Source: an uncultured Rhizobium sp.
GTDB taxonomy: Bacteria; Pseudomonadota; Alphaproteobacteria; Caulobacterales; Hyphomonadaceae
Direction of reading: 5' to 3'
Assembly (NCBI GenBank): GCA_964550535.1
Contig: CAZJZQ010000001.1
Location: 2,099 to 66,098 of the forward strand
Length of the DNA stretch: 64,000 bases
A program made the position numbers and the translations under genes. A model generated the notes under the pieces. The model searched no databases and had not been told where the DNA came from. It saw only the letters and a program-made list of their open reading frames with translations. This document shows positions 1 through 9,421 of the stretch, piece after piece. Position 1 is the stretch's first letter. Each line of letters begins with the position of its first letter.

Positions 1-455
1 ATGTCGTCCGCCATTTCCGGCATGGCGAACAGGTTGTCGGTCGGCTTGTCGAAGAAGCCCTGGATCTGCGCGGCGTGCAGATCGACCGTCACGACACGGT
101 CGCAACCGGCCGTCGTGATGAGGTTGGCGACAAGTTTTGCCGAGATGGGGGTACGGCCGTCCGTCTTCCGGTCCTGCCGGGCGTAGCCGAAATAGGGGAT
201 GATCGCCGTGATCCGCCGGGCGCTGGCGCGCAGCAGGGCGTCGATGGTGATCAGCAATTCCATCAGGTGGTCGTTGGCCGGGGCCGATGTGGACTGGATC
301 ACGTACACGTCCTGACCGCGGACGTTTTCGTTTACCTTCACAAAGACCTCGCGGTCCTTGAAGGTCTTCACCTCGGCTTCGGTGAGCCGCATGTCCAGGT
401 AGGCTGCGATATCGGCTGCCAGCGGCCTGTTCGAGTTACACGAGATGAGTTTCAT
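1..455 (-). CDS. prs: ribose-phosphate pyrophosphokinase (PRPP synthetase), N-terminal ~151 codons; 3' end runs off the window
   Basis: Absent from the ORF track because there is no stop in the window. The reverse complement from ATG at 455..453 reads [97 protein letters not shown]...[15 protein letters not shown], the classic Prs N-terminal pattern. A GGGAGAG SD-like run lies upstream. Confidence 0.9.
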   Translation of the reverse strand, partial: MKLISCNSNRPLAADIAAYLDMRLTEAEVKTFKDREVFVKVNENVRGQDVYVIQSTSAPANDHLMELLITIDALLRASARRITAIIPYFGYARQDRKTDGRTPISAKLVANLITTAGCDRVVTVDLHAAQIQGFFDKPTDNLFAMPEMADD

Positions 456-612
456 CGGTCTCGCTCTCCCGTTGACCCGCCGGAAAAGGTGCGTGGTGCG
501 GCAAGCTTCTGTCGTAAAACCTTTGCAGGAGCAATCGTGAATTCCGGTGAATCCTGCGGATGAATCATGATCCATGCTGGTCATGGCGGAAATGCCGCAT
601 ATCCCGGAGGCG

Positions 613-1401
613 TCAGGCGACCAGGGCGATCGCCGAGAGGTTGCGTCCGGTGTCTTTTTCGCCTGATGATTTTGAAAGCCGGTAGCTGAAATAGCGATTG
701 GGCTCGGTCAGGGTGTCGCCGGCCAGCGCTTCAAGATGGGCGACACCGGCCCGCGCAGCGCGACCGAGGATATAGCGTTTCAGATCAAAGTGCTGGCGGT
801 CATCCTTGCCGGGAGCCAGGAGTGTCTCCGCCCATGGCGACGCCTCCAGCGCCGCGTCCACCATGTCAGGGCCGACCTCGAATGATTCCTGGCTGAGGCA
901 GGGGCCGACCGCCAACGACATGTGCGACGGGTCCGCGCCGAGGGCGATCATCGCCTCGATGCAGTTGTCCACAACTCCGGCAACGGCGCCGCGCCAGCCC
1001 GCATGCGCGGCGCCAATGACGCTGGCATGGGGATCGCACAGCAGAACAGGCGCGCAGTCGGCGGCCAGCACGCCGAGCACGAGGTTAGGCTCGCGCGTGG
1101 CGAGGGCGTCGGCTTCGGGCGTTTCGCCGAGTGCGAACGGAGACGATACGGTCACGCATTTTGCGGAATGTACTTGCCGAAGTGTAATCAGGCGGCCCGG
1201 CGCACAGCCGAGGGCCTGCGTGGCCAGCTTCCGGTTTTCGAGGATGTGTTCGGTGAGATCGGCTGAGCCGAGCCCGCAATTCAGGCTACGATAGGGGGGG
1301 GCCGAAACACCGCCTGCACGACCAAAAAACCCATGCCGGATATGCATGCTGAAGCGCTTGAGATTGGGCGCTTCTGTGAAAGGCGGGCGAGGTTCGGGCA
1401 C
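613..1401 (-). CDS. pgeF: YfiH/PgeF-family (DUF152, laccase-domain) purine nucleoside phosphorylase / peptidoglycan editing factor
   Basis: 262 aa with ...ADALAT...[11 protein letters not shown]...[13 protein letters not shown]..., the typical YfiH core. The lgt-MidA-pgeF synteny is common in alphaproteobacteria. Confidence 0.85.
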   Translation of the reverse strand: MPEPRPPFTEAPNLKRFSMHIRHGFFGRAGGVSAPPYRSLNCGLGSADLTEHILENRKLATQALGCAPGRLITLRQVHSAKCVTVSSPFALGETPEADALATREPNLVLGVLAADCAPVLLCDPHASVIGAAHAGWRGAVAGVVDNCIEAMIALGADPSHMSLAVGPCLSQESFEVGPDMVDAALEASPWAETLLAPGKDDRQHFDLKRYILGRAARAGVAHLEALAGDTLTEPNRYFSYRLSKSSGEKDTGRNLSAIALVA

Positions 1402-1413
1402 GCGTGTCCTTTC

Positions 1414-2517
1414 TCAGGTGAGGCCTGCGCCAAATCCCGGCGGCGTAGGCGCATTCAATGGCGCCAGGCACATCGCCTTGAACCTCGCTCCCATCTCATA
1501 AGGTGAAATCAGGCGATTGACGCCTGCAAGCACTTCCTGTGTCCGGTCGGGATTGGATGCTGACAGCGATTTCGCTCGCTCGTTTACGCCGAGGCGGGTC
1601 AGAAATCGCGCTTGAGTTTCCGGGCCGAAGACGGCGAGGCCTTCTGTCTCCGCAAGGCGGCGCAGGCGGCGGAAGTCCACGTCGGCGGTAAGATCGCATT
1701 GGCCGGGCGCCGCAAGCGGATCAACCTGCTGGCCCGCGCTATAGGCGCGCAGCGTGTCGCCGGGCGTCCTGTCTTCCGGGCCGTAGTCGATGAACAGTGC
1801 GCGGCCCGGGTGGCGGCGAAAGCGCTGGGCGATGATGTCTGCAAGTGAATCCAGACCGGGGGCGACCTCCACCTCTTCGCCGACGGGGGTGACGTTCGGC
1901 GGAAGTTCAGCGGGCGGCCCGAGTCCGAAGCGCAGACCCTGGGGCCCGTCCAGGCCAACCTGGCGTTCGCGCCAGCCGTTCCCGTCGCGTACAAACTGGC
2001 GGACCGACAGGCAGTCCAGAAATTCATTGGCGACAATGATCGCCGGGCCTTCTGGTACGTCGCCCAGCTCGTCGAAATGATTGATGGGTCTGTTGGCGAA
2101 ACGCTCGCTCTGAGCCTGCCGGAGCGCCGGGCTGGCTTCGACGAGAGCGATACGAGCGGCGTCCAGAAAGCCAGGGGCGGATCGGCCGGCGCGCAGCATG
2201 TCCGCCATCATGGCGCCGCGACCGGGGCCAAGTTCGACCAGCCAGAACGGCGAGGGCGATCCCAGCGCCAGCCATTCGTGAACAACCCAGAGGCCGACGA
2301 GTTCACCGAACACCTGGCTGGTTTCCGGAGCGGTGGTGAAGTCTGCGCCGAGGCCGGGGCGCGTGGCGTAGTAGCCGTCGCGCGGATCGTGCAGGCACAT
2401 CAGCATATATAGCGAGACGGGCATGGGACCGTTCGCGCGAATAGCGTCAGTGATGCGCTGGTGCAGCGTGCTCACGCCGGCAGGAGCGTCTGGCGGCGTG
2501 CGCGCAGGATCAGCCAT
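1414..2517 (-). CDS. MidA/NDUFAF7-family SAM-dependent methyltransferase (DUF185)
   Basis: 367 aa with YYATRPGLGADFTTAPETSQVFGELVG...LVELGPGRGAMMADMLRA. The start is uncertain: ATG at 2517 overlaps lgt by 46 nt, whereas GTG at 2475 forms a GTGA overlap with the lgt stop. Confidence 0.8.
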   Translation of the reverse strand: MADPARTPPDAPAGVSTLHQRITDAIRANGPMPVSLYMLMCLHDPRDGYYATRPGLGADFTTAPETSQVFGELVGLWVVHEWLALGSPSPFWLVELGPGRGAMMADMLRAGRSAPGFLDAARIALVEASPALRQAQSERFANRPINHFDELGDVPEGPAIIVANEFLDCLSVRQFVRDGNGWRERQVGLDGPQGLRFGLGPPAELPPNVTPVGEEVEVAPGLDSLADIIAQRFRRHPGRALFIDYGPEDRTPGDTLRAYSAGQQVDPLAAPGQCDLTADVDFRRLRRLAETEGLAVFGPETQARFLTRLGVNERAKSLSASNPDRTQEVLAGVNRLISPYEMGARFKAMCLAPLNAPTPPGFGAGLT

Positions 2518-3380
2518 ATGCCGCCTGCGATCATCGGAGCCGAAAGCAGCATGCCCATGGTCAGCCAGCCGGGCAGGCCGTCCACAAACGCGTCCGGTTC
2601 CCGGAACTGCTCCACAATCGTGCGGGCAACGGCGTAACCGACGAGGAAGATGCCGGAGACGAGGCCGGGCCGCCGCAGCGCGCGGAATTTCCAGATTGCA
2701 ATAGCGATGACGGCAAACAGCAGCGCCCCTTCGAGAGCGGCTTCATATAGCTGGCTGGGGTGCACCAGTTCTTCGTTGCCGGTGTAGATCCACTCGCGGA
2801 TATTCCAGTCGTAGGTAGGGAAGCGCATCCCCCATGGCGAGTCCGTTGGGCGGCCATAAAGCTCGCCGTTGATGAAGTTCGCCATGCGGCCAAGGAAGAT
2901 GCCGATGGGCGCCGCGGCGCAGGCGACGTCTGCGAGGTTCAGGATTTTGATCTTGCGCGACCAGCAGGTGTAGATGACTGCGAGCGACGCGCCGATCAGT
3001 CCGCCGTGGAACGACATGCCGCCTTCCCACATCCGGAAGATGCTCATGGGATCGTTGGCGAGTTTTTGCGGCTCGTAGGGCAGGGTGTAGAAAAGCACGT
3101 AGCCCAAACGCCCGCCCAGCAGAATGCCGATCATCACCCAGAAGGCGAAATCGTCGATGTTGGTCCGGGAGACGGGGGCGGCGTCACCCTCGCCCCACAG
3201 TTTGGGACGGGAAACCAGGCGGGTAGCGTACCACCAGCCAATGGCGACCCCAAGAATATAGGCGAGAGCATACCAACGGATCGGAAAAGGTCCGAATTCC
3301 AAGGCGCCAAGGGTGAATTCCGGGATCGGAATCGTAAAGGCGGCCGGATCGATCTTGGGAAAGGGGATTTCGACCTGCAT
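2472..3380 (-). CDS. lgt: prolipoprotein diacylglyceryl transferase
   Basis: Multi-TM protein with FGPFPIRWYALAYILGVAIGWWY...GGRLGYVLFY...GMSFHGGLIG...GRMANFINGELYGRPT. I chose the start at MQVEIPF (ATG 3380); the track start at 3425 adds 15 Arg-rich residues. Confidence 0.9.
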   Translation of the reverse strand: MQVEIPFPKIDPAAFTIPIPEFTLGALEFGPFPIRWYALAYILGVAIGWWYATRLVSRPKLWGEGDAAPVSRTNIDDFAFWVMIGILLGGRLGYVLFYTLPYEPQKLANDPMSIFRMWEGGMSFHGGLIGASLAVIYTCWSRKIKILNLADVACAAAPIGIFLGRMANFINGELYGRPTDSPWGMRFPTYDWNIREWIYTGNEELVHPSQLYEAALEGALLFAVIAIAIWKFRALRRPGLVSGIFLVGYAVARTIVEQFREPDAFVDGLPGWLTMGMLLSAPMIAGGIWLILRARRQTLLPA

Positions 3381-3479
3381 GGGGGACTCATATCCCGATT
3401 TGAACCTTGGCCGCCAGCGGGCCATATAGGGGGCAGGTTAGACACGGCTCCGGCGACGGGGTCCACCTCCGAGGCGCTT

Positions 3480-3749
3480 ATGCAGACCCGAAACCCGATC
3501 ATGGACGACCTTGCCCGCGTGGTGTCGGGAGCCGCCAGCATGGCCCAGGCGGCCGGCGACGAGGTGAAGGCCGCAGCCCGGGCCCAGGGCGAACGCTTCG
3601 TGGCCGAGATGGACCTGGCCCGCCGGGATGAGGTAGAGGCCCTCAAGGCGCTGGCGCGGTCGGCGCTGGAAAAAGTCGAAGCGCTCGAAACGCGCGTGGC
3701 GGAGCTGGAAGGCAAGCTTTCGGCAAAAAAAACCGGCGGCGCGCCCTGA
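3480..3749 (+). CDS. UbiK/YqiC (BMFP) family accessory factor, small coiled-coil protein
   Basis: 89 aa, MQTRNPIMDDLARVVSGAASMAQAAGDEVKAAARAQGERFVAEMDLARRDEVEAL...RVAELEGKL. Only the 3' part of track ORF 2760..3749 is used; the remainder is antisense to lgt. Confidence 0.7.
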   Translation: MQTRNPIMDDLARVVSGAASMAQAAGDEVKAAARAQGERFVAEMDLARRDEVEALKALARSALEKVEALETRVAELEGKLSAKKTGGAP

Positions 3750-3860
3750 AACGCTGATTCGTGTCTCTGCCCCCTTAACCATGGTCCCATTGTGGGACGC
3801 CCCTGCCGCCGCTAGCGTCTGGGCTACCGGGCTGACCGCCCATGATTCTAGGAGGACCGG

Positions 3861-4364
3861 ATGTCGAGTCTCGATCATCTTTCCCCTGAGCCGTCTGACA
3901 AGGCGCTGGACGTTGTGGAGCAGACGCTGCTCGCCGCGGACTGGGCATGTGAGCGGTCTGAAGAGGGCGTCATCCACTGCGCGGCCATGACCCGTTGGGG
4001 TGAATTCGGGGGTATGTTCGTGTGGCGCCATGAGCCGGCGTCGCTCAACTTTTCGCTGACGCTCGACCTGCGGTCGCCGAAAGGCTGCAACCCGGCGATT
4101 TCCGATCTGCTGCGGAAAATCAATGAGCGGCTCTGGCTGGGGCATTTCGACTACTGGAATGACGATGGCGTGGCGGTGTTCCGCCACACCATTCCGATGC
4201 TCGACCGCGTGTCGCCGGACCAGGGCGAAGTCGCCGCCATTCTCGCTGCGGCGCTGGATGCGGCGGACCAGTTCCTGCCCGCGTTCAACTTCGTGGTCTG
4301 GGCCGGCAAGTCGGCCGACGAGGCCGTCGCCGCGGTGGTGTTCGAGACAGCCGGCGAAGCCTGA
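3861..4364 (+). CDS. YbjN-domain protein (putative sensory transduction / chaperone-like)
   Basis: 167 aa, acidic. AGGAGG lies 6 nt upstream of the ATG. The conserved position immediately upstream of proC is typical for alphaproteobacterial YbjN-like genes. Confidence 0.7.
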   Translation: MSSLDHLSPEPSDKALDVVEQTLLAADWACERSEEGVIHCAAMTRWGEFGGMFVWRHEPASLNFSLTLDLRSPKGCNPAISDLLRKINERLWLGHFDYWNDDGVAVFRHTIPMLDRVSPDQGEVAAILAAALDAADQFLPAFNFVVWAGKSADEAVAAVVFETAGEA

Positions 4365-4367
4365 CGC

Positions 4368-5189
4368 ATGCCTGCACGCCCCAAGCGAGAGAGGCGGATC
4401 GTCCTGGTTGGCGCCGGCCGGATGGGTTCGGCCATGCTGCGGGGCTGGCTGCGCAGTAGGCGCGGCGGCGGGCTGGGCGAGTTCAGCGTACTGGAGCCCA
4501 ACCCGGCAGATGATTTACGCGAACTGGCGGCCAGCGGCGCGATCACGCTGAACGCTGAACCGCGCGCTGCGGACATCCTTGTGCTGGCGGTGAAGCCGCA
4601 GGGGTTTGCGGCGGCAGCCAAAATGCTGGAGCCGTGGCGAACCGAAGCAACGCTGGTCCTGTCCGTCATGGCGGGCGTGACGATCCGGGGGATTTCTGAC
4701 GCGCTCAACGTCAGTCGTGTTGTGCGATCCATGCCGAACACGCCGGGGGCCATAGGCAGGGGTGTGACTGCCTACGCAATGTCGGATGCCTGCCGCGCAA
4801 CAGACAAAGCGACCGCAGACAAGCTTCTGGCCCCTCTGGGCGGTGTCGTCGGGCCGCTCGACGAAGGACAGATCGATGCTGTGACGGCGGTATCGGGCTC
4901 CGGCCCTGCTTACGTGTTTCTGCTGGCGGAGACGCTTGAGGCGGCGGCGCGGCATGTGGGGCTGGATGCAGCAACAGCCGCTTTGCTCGCCCGTCAAACC
5001 GTGGCTGGCGCGGGCGCATTGCTTGAGGGAGGTGGCGACCCCACGGAATTGCGCAAGGCCGTAACTTCACCGGGCGGGACGACAGCGGCGGCTCTGGATG
5101 TTCTGCTCACGTCCGGCGCCATGCCCGAACTGATGCGCCGTGCGGTAGAAGCCGCCGTACGGCGCAGCGTCGAGCTGTCGAAGGGGTGA
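4368..5189 (+). CDS. proC: pyrroline-5-carboxylate reductase
   Basis: 273 aa with an N-terminal Rossmann motif VLVGAGRMGSAML and C-terminal ...VTSPGGTTAAALDVL..., the ProC signature. Confidence 0.9.
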   Translation: MPARPKRERRIVLVGAGRMGSAMLRGWLRSRRGGGLGEFSVLEPNPADDLRELAASGAITLNAEPRAADILVLAVKPQGFAAAAKMLEPWRTEATLVLSVMAGVTIRGISDALNVSRVVRSMPNTPGAIGRGVTAYAMSDACRATDKATADKLLAPLGGVVGPLDEGQIDAVTAVSGSGPAYVFLLAETLEAAARHVGLDAATAALLARQTVAGAGALLEGGGDPTELRKAVTSPGGTTAAALDVLLTSGAMPELMRRAVEAAVRRSVELSKG

Positions 5190-5190
5190 A

Positions 5191-6501
5191 CTATTCCCGC
5201 GGCCGCCCTTGATCGAAGGGCAGACGGATGACGGCCCTCAATCCGCCAAGGCCGGACTTGCCCAAAGTCAGATCGCCGCCGTGCGCGCGCGCGGCGTCAC
5301 GAGCGATAGTGAGGCCAAGGCCCACTCCCGAGACATTTTGATTGCGAGATGCGTCGAGGCGGCTGAACGGGCGAAAGGCATCCTCGTACTGGTTGGGCGG
5401 AATCCCCGGGCCGTTGTCCTCGATCACGACCACGGCGCTGCCCGCCTCTGCGGTAACCGTGATGCGCACACGTGCGCCATAGTCAGCGGCGTTGTTGGCA
5501 AGGTTGGATACGGCGCGGCCTAGAGTCATCGGCCGCAGACGCATTGGCACGGGCGCAGGCGCTTTGAACTCAAGTTCCGCGCGCGCGCCGATGTGACTGC
5601 TGGCTTCCTGCACGACCTTCGCCAGGTCTGTCTCGATCGCCGCTTCCGCTTCTTCTCCCCGCGCGAAAGCGAGGTAGGCGTCGAGCATCCGTTCCATCTC
5701 CGCGATATCGGATTTCGCGGCGGCCGTGTCATAACCTTTCGGCGCCAGCGCCAGTTCGAGTTTAAGACGAGTCAGCGGCGTACGCAGGTCGTGACTGACG
5801 CCCGCAAGCATGGCCGTGCGCTGATCGGTGAAACGGCGGATGCGGGTACGCATACGAATAATGCTGCGTGCGGCCTGGCGCACTTCAAGCGCGCCCGATG
5901 GCCGGTAGTCCGGCGCATCTTCTCCGCGGCCGAAAGCATCCGCCGCCTCTGTCAGCTGGAGGATCGACCGCACCTGGTTGCGCAAGAAGGCGTATGACAT
6001 CGCCAGCATCAGGAGACTGAAGAAGATCGACCACACGATGAAGATGTGCGCGGTGACGATAATCACCCGTTTGCGGTCAAAGCGGGCTTCCATCAGGCCT
6101 TCCGGCAGCAGCACCCGCAGGACGAGTTGATCGTCGGGGCGGAGCGCGAAGGTAAAAGGATCGTCGAGCGTCTGGATCAGATCGGAGCGGAAATCCGGGC
6201 AGCAGCGACGGCCGGCTGGCGGCTCCAGCGTCGTGACGCCGGGGGCGAATGTCATCTGCATCAGGCCCGCTTGTGACAGGTTGGCGGCCAGGGGCTCCCA
6301 GTCCATCGGATCGCGGCGCACCGTCTCCATCACCATCTCGATTTCGCCGGCGACAGCGCGGGACAGCTTCCGGTTTACGGACTGTACGTGGGTCGAGAAA
6401 AAGTAGAGCGTCATGGCGACGAGGAAGCTGATCATCGGGACGATGAGGATCAGGATGTGCCGGGCGTTGTAGCCCTGTGGCATCAGATCGCGCAGGCGCA
6501 T
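5191..6501 (-). CDS. sensor histidine kinase (2 TM, HAMP, HisKA, HATPase_c), EnvZ-like
   Basis: H-box MLAGVSHDLRTPLTRLKLEL, N/G boxes NLANNAADYG...DNGPGIP...GVGLGLTIARD. It lies 3 nt downstream of the OmpR-type regulator. Confidence 0.85.
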   Translation of the reverse strand: MRLRDLMPQGYNARHILILIVPMISFLVAMTLYFFSTHVQSVNRKLSRAVAGEIEMVMETVRRDPMDWEPLAANLSQAGLMQMTFAPGVTTLEPPAGRRCCPDFRSDLIQTLDDPFTFALRPDDQLVLRVLLPEGLMEARFDRKRVIIVTAHIFIVWSIFFSLLMLAMSYAFLRNQVRSILQLTEAADAFGRGEDAPDYRPSGALEVRQAARSIIRMRTRIRRFTDQRTAMLAGVSHDLRTPLTRLKLELALAPKGYDTAAAKSDIAEMERMLDAYLAFARGEEAEAAIETDLAKVVQEASSHIGARAELEFKAPAPVPMRLRPMTLGRAVSNLANNAADYGARVRITVTAEAGSAVVVIEDNGPGIPPNQYEDAFRPFSRLDASRNQNVSGVGLGLTIARDAARAHGGDLTLGKSGLGGLRAVIRLPFDQGRPRE

Positions 6502-6504
6502 CGG

Positions 6505-7182
6505 TCAGTCCCCCGCGAGGCGATAGCCTACGCCGCGCACCGTTTGCAGGTGCACCGGCTCTCGCGGATCGCGCTCGATCTTTCGGCGGAGGCGCGTGAC
6601 CTGAACATCGACGGATCGCTCAACGCCTGCGGAGGTCAGCGTGGCGAGTTCATGGCGCGAGACTGGCGCTCCGGCGCGCGCGGCAAGAATGCGCAGGAGT
6701 TGACTTTCGCTGTCGGTCAGGCGCACGAGCCGGCCGTCGCGGCGAAGCTCTCCCTTGCTGACATGGAAGATCATGTCGGAGAGGCGGATCTCCTCCGGCG
6801 GCGCTTCCGGCGCTGCGCGGCGCAGGATGGCGGCGATGCGGAGCGCAAGTTCCTCCGGCTCGAAAGGCTTTGCCAGATAGTCATCGGCGCCCCGTCGCAG
6901 GCCGTCGATCCGTTCGTCAGGCTGGCCGCGCGCAGTGAGCAGGATGACGGGCGTATCGAGCTCCTTGCGAAGCGAGGAGAGCAGGGAAAGTCCATCCTCG
7001 CCCGGCATCATCACATCCAGCACGATGAGATCGAACGTCATGGTTGAGAGGAAGCGGCGCGCGGACGCCGCATCCTTCACGACGGTCACGTCATAACCCT
7101 CGCGGGTCAGGTAACGTTTCAACAGGTCGCGCAGGCGGTCGTCGTCATCGACGGCCAGAATGTGCCCGGCAGGGGTGGTCAT
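6505..7182 (-). CDS. OmpR-family response regulator (REC + winged helix)
   Basis: ILAVDDDDRLRDLL...DLIVLDVMMPGEDG...ILLTARG...DDYLAKPF plus VQVTRLRRKIE...TVRGVGYRL. ATGA overlap with the upstream MarR gene. Confidence 0.9.
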   Translation of the reverse strand: MTTPAGHILAVDDDDRLRDLLKRYLTREGYDVTVVKDAASARRFLSTMTFDLIVLDVMMPGEDGLSLLSSLRKELDTPVILLTARGQPDERIDGLRRGADDYLAKPFEPEELALRIAAILRRAAPEAPPEEIRLSDMIFHVSKGELRRDGRLVRLTDSESQLLRILAARAGAPVSRHELATLTSAGVERSVDVQVTRLRRKIERDPREPVHLQTVRGVGYRLAGD

Positions 7183-7724
7183 GAATCGCTCCGAACGCGC
7201 AGCAGATCCTTGAGCACCCGGCGGGCGCCGTTCACCGCTTCGGGGCCAGCATGCAGGAAGACCTGGCGCAGAGCCTCCCGGCGCCGCTCAGTCGCCGCCT
7301 GGATAAAGGCCGAACCGGCCGTGGTGAGGGTAACCAGACGGCGGCGGCGGTCGCGGGGATCAACCTCGCGGGTGGTCAGCCCCCGGTTTTCAAGCTGGTT
7401 GAGCGTCCTCGCCATGGATTGTTTGGGAGCGTTCAGCCGGTCACGAAGCTCCGTTACATCCATCGGGCCGGTGTCGAAAATCTCTTCCATGACGTCGATT
7501 TCAGCCTCCAGAGCGCCCGATGGGGCACCTGCCTGATAGACCAGCCGGGACAGCCGGCGCGAGGCGGCGCGGATAAGGGCCGCCCCGTCATTCAGGTCCT
7601 GGTCGCGCAGATACAGGCGCGCATCGGCCACAGCCGGCGCGGCGGAAGCAGGCGGAGGTCTGTTGACAGGTATCGCCACGATCCGACAATGAAAGACCAA
7701 GGCGCGAAACTCAAGCTTCAACAT
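7179..7724 (-). CDS. MarR-family transcriptional regulator
   Basis: Winged-HTH core MDVTELRDRLNAPKQSMARTLNQLENRGLTTREVDPRDRRRRLVTLTTAG. The N-terminal ~40 residues are uncertain, so the true start may be internal. Confidence 0.75.
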   Translation of the reverse strand: MLKLEFRALVFHCRIVAIPVNRPPPASAAPAVADARLYLRDQDLNDGAALIRAASRRLSRLVYQAGAPSGALEAEIDVMEEIFDTGPMDVTELRDRLNAPKQSMARTLNQLENRGLTTREVDPRDRRRRLVTLTTAGSAFIQAATERRREALRQVFLHAGPEAVNGARRVLKDLLRVRSDS

Positions 7725-7765
7725 GCCGGTCCGGAGGGACCGAATGCGCCTTTCGAGGACGTAAC

Positions 7766-8671
7766 ATGACTGCCTTCATTCCGTACGATGATCGCGATGG
7801 CTGGATCTGGCTGGACGGGAAGTTCACGCCGTGGCGTGACGCGAAGATTCACGTATTGACCCACGGCCTGCACTACGGCGCCACGGTATTCGAGGGCGAG
7901 CGGGCCTATGATGGCGAGGTGTTCAAGGGGCCGGAACATTCCCGCCGCCTGCACCGGTCGGCCGAGCTGGTCGGGTACAAGATCCCGGTTCCGGCCGAGG
8001 AGCTGGACCGGATCAAGCTCGAGGTCATGCAGAAGAACGGCCTGGCCGACTGCTATGTCCGGGCGTTTGCCTGGCGCGGATCGGAGATGATGGGCGTGTC
8101 GGCCCAGCAGGCTACGACTCGTACCTGCGTGGCGGTCTGGCACTGGGGCAATTATTTCGCAGACAAGATGAAGGGCATCCGCGTGACGATGTCCGACTGG
8201 AAACGGCCGTCGCCGGAAACGATTCCGTCTGCGGCGAAGGCCGCGGGCCTGTACATGATATGCACCATGTCCAAGCACAAGGCGGAGGCCGCTGGCTATG
8301 CCGATGCGCTGATGCTCGATTATCGCGGCTATGTGGCGGAACTGACGGGCGCGAACGTGTTCCTGATCCGCGACGGCGCAATCCATACTCCGACGCCGGA
8401 CTGCTTTCTGAACGGCATCACGCGTCAGACGGTGATCGAGCTGGCGCGGGCGAGAGGGTATGAAGTTATCGAACGGCATATCACGCCGGACGAGCTATCG
8501 ACCTTCTCCGAGGTGTTCATCACGGGTACTGCGGCCGAAGTGACGCCGGTGTCGGAGATGGCGGGCATAACCTACAAACCCGGCGCTATCACCGAGCAGC
8601 TGATGACGGACTATGAGAAACTGGTCCGCCGCAAGCTCACGATCGAGTCGCTGAAGGCTAAAGTCGCCTGA
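7766..8671 (+). CDS. ilvE: branched-chain amino acid aminotransferase (class IV)
   Basis: 301 aa with HVLTHGLHYGATVFEGERAY...AKAAGLYM...LDYRGYVAELTGANVF...GITR...ITGTAAEVTPV. Confidence 0.9.
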   Translation: MTAFIPYDDRDGWIWLDGKFTPWRDAKIHVLTHGLHYGATVFEGERAYDGEVFKGPEHSRRLHRSAELVGYKIPVPAEELDRIKLEVMQKNGLADCYVRAFAWRGSEMMGVSAQQATTRTCVAVWHWGNYFADKMKGIRVTMSDWKRPSPETIPSAAKAAGLYMICTMSKHKAEAAGYADALMLDYRGYVAELTGANVFLIRDGAIHTPTPDCFLNGITRQTVIELARARGYEVIERHITPDELSTFSEVFITGTAAEVTPVSEMAGITYKPGAITEQLMTDYEKLVRRKLTIESLKAKVA

Positions 8672-8980
8672 ACGTTGGCCCCGGATCGACGGCGCGTATG
8701 GTCAGCAGTTGGAGGTTTGGTCATCCGCCATCGCCTTGATGGTGGATGCTTTCAGGCTTTGACGGTTGACGGGCGCGTCGTCTTTCCACGGGGCAGCACG
8801 CCGTTTGTGGCGATGTTGCCCGATCGTCGTGATCGCGAGCGCGGTGTTCTTGTCTATTGAAGGTAATTCCCGCCAAGTCACGGATGTCGCGACGGGTGCG
8901 CCTTCGTGCGCGTGGTCATTCGGGCCTCCCTTGCGTGATCCGACTCGGCGTTCAAGGGCGGCGAGGCTTTCGGGAAGGTG

Positions 8981-9421
8981 TTAGGCTTCCATCGCCTTTG
9001 CTATCCGCGCTGCCTGATCTCGCAGAACGTCCATGTCGGCGGGCTTTCCGGCGTGGTGAGGCTGGAGCGGCAAGTTCGCGTAACGCGGGACAATGTGGAC
9101 GTGGAGGTGGAAGACGGTCTGTCCCGCCGGGGCGCCGTTGAACTGTTGCACAACGACGCCATCCGGGTTCAGCGCGGCGATCACGGCCCGCGTGACTTTT
9201 TGCACAGTGGCGAAAAGCGGCCCAAGCTGATCGGCCGGAAAGTCCGTGATGTTACGGGCTTCGGTTTGCTTGGGAATGACGAGGCAGTGGCCTTGGCTTT
9301 GCGGAAAGATATCCATGAAGACCAGCGTGCCGGCGTCCTCATAGACCTTCACGCATGGCGCTTCTCCGCGAACGATCTTCGCGAAGATGTTGCCGCTATC
9401 ATAACTGCCGGTGAGGCTCAT
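8981..9421 (-). CDS. HIT-family (histidine triad) nucleotide hydrolase
   Basis: 146 aa with the histidine triad HLHVHIVPR. The ATG directly abuts the stop of the upstream DUF482 gene. Confidence 0.85.
   Translation of the reverse strand: MSLTGSYDSGNIFAKIVRGEAPCVKVYEDAGTLVFMDIFPQSQGHCLVIPKQTEARNITDFPADQLGPLFATVQKVTRAVIAALNPDGVVVQQFNGAPAGQTVFHLHVHIVPRYANLPLQPHHAGKPADMDVLRDQAARIAKAMEA

Noticed and set aside
3725-3732. A8 run inside the ubiK-like gene
   Set aside because: It encodes the Lys-Lys of the C-terminal ...SAKKTGGAP tail in frame, and there is no evidence of a frameshift. I judged it unremarkable.
8672-8980. Three overlapping 61-94 aa plus-strand ORFs in the ilvE / HIT convergent spacer
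   Set aside because: Their Arg-rich translations have no SD, motif or coding-like GC3 pattern that I can see. The minus strand has no ORF of at least 60 aa. I treat the region as non-coding, and I could not identify a convincing terminator or RNA structure either.
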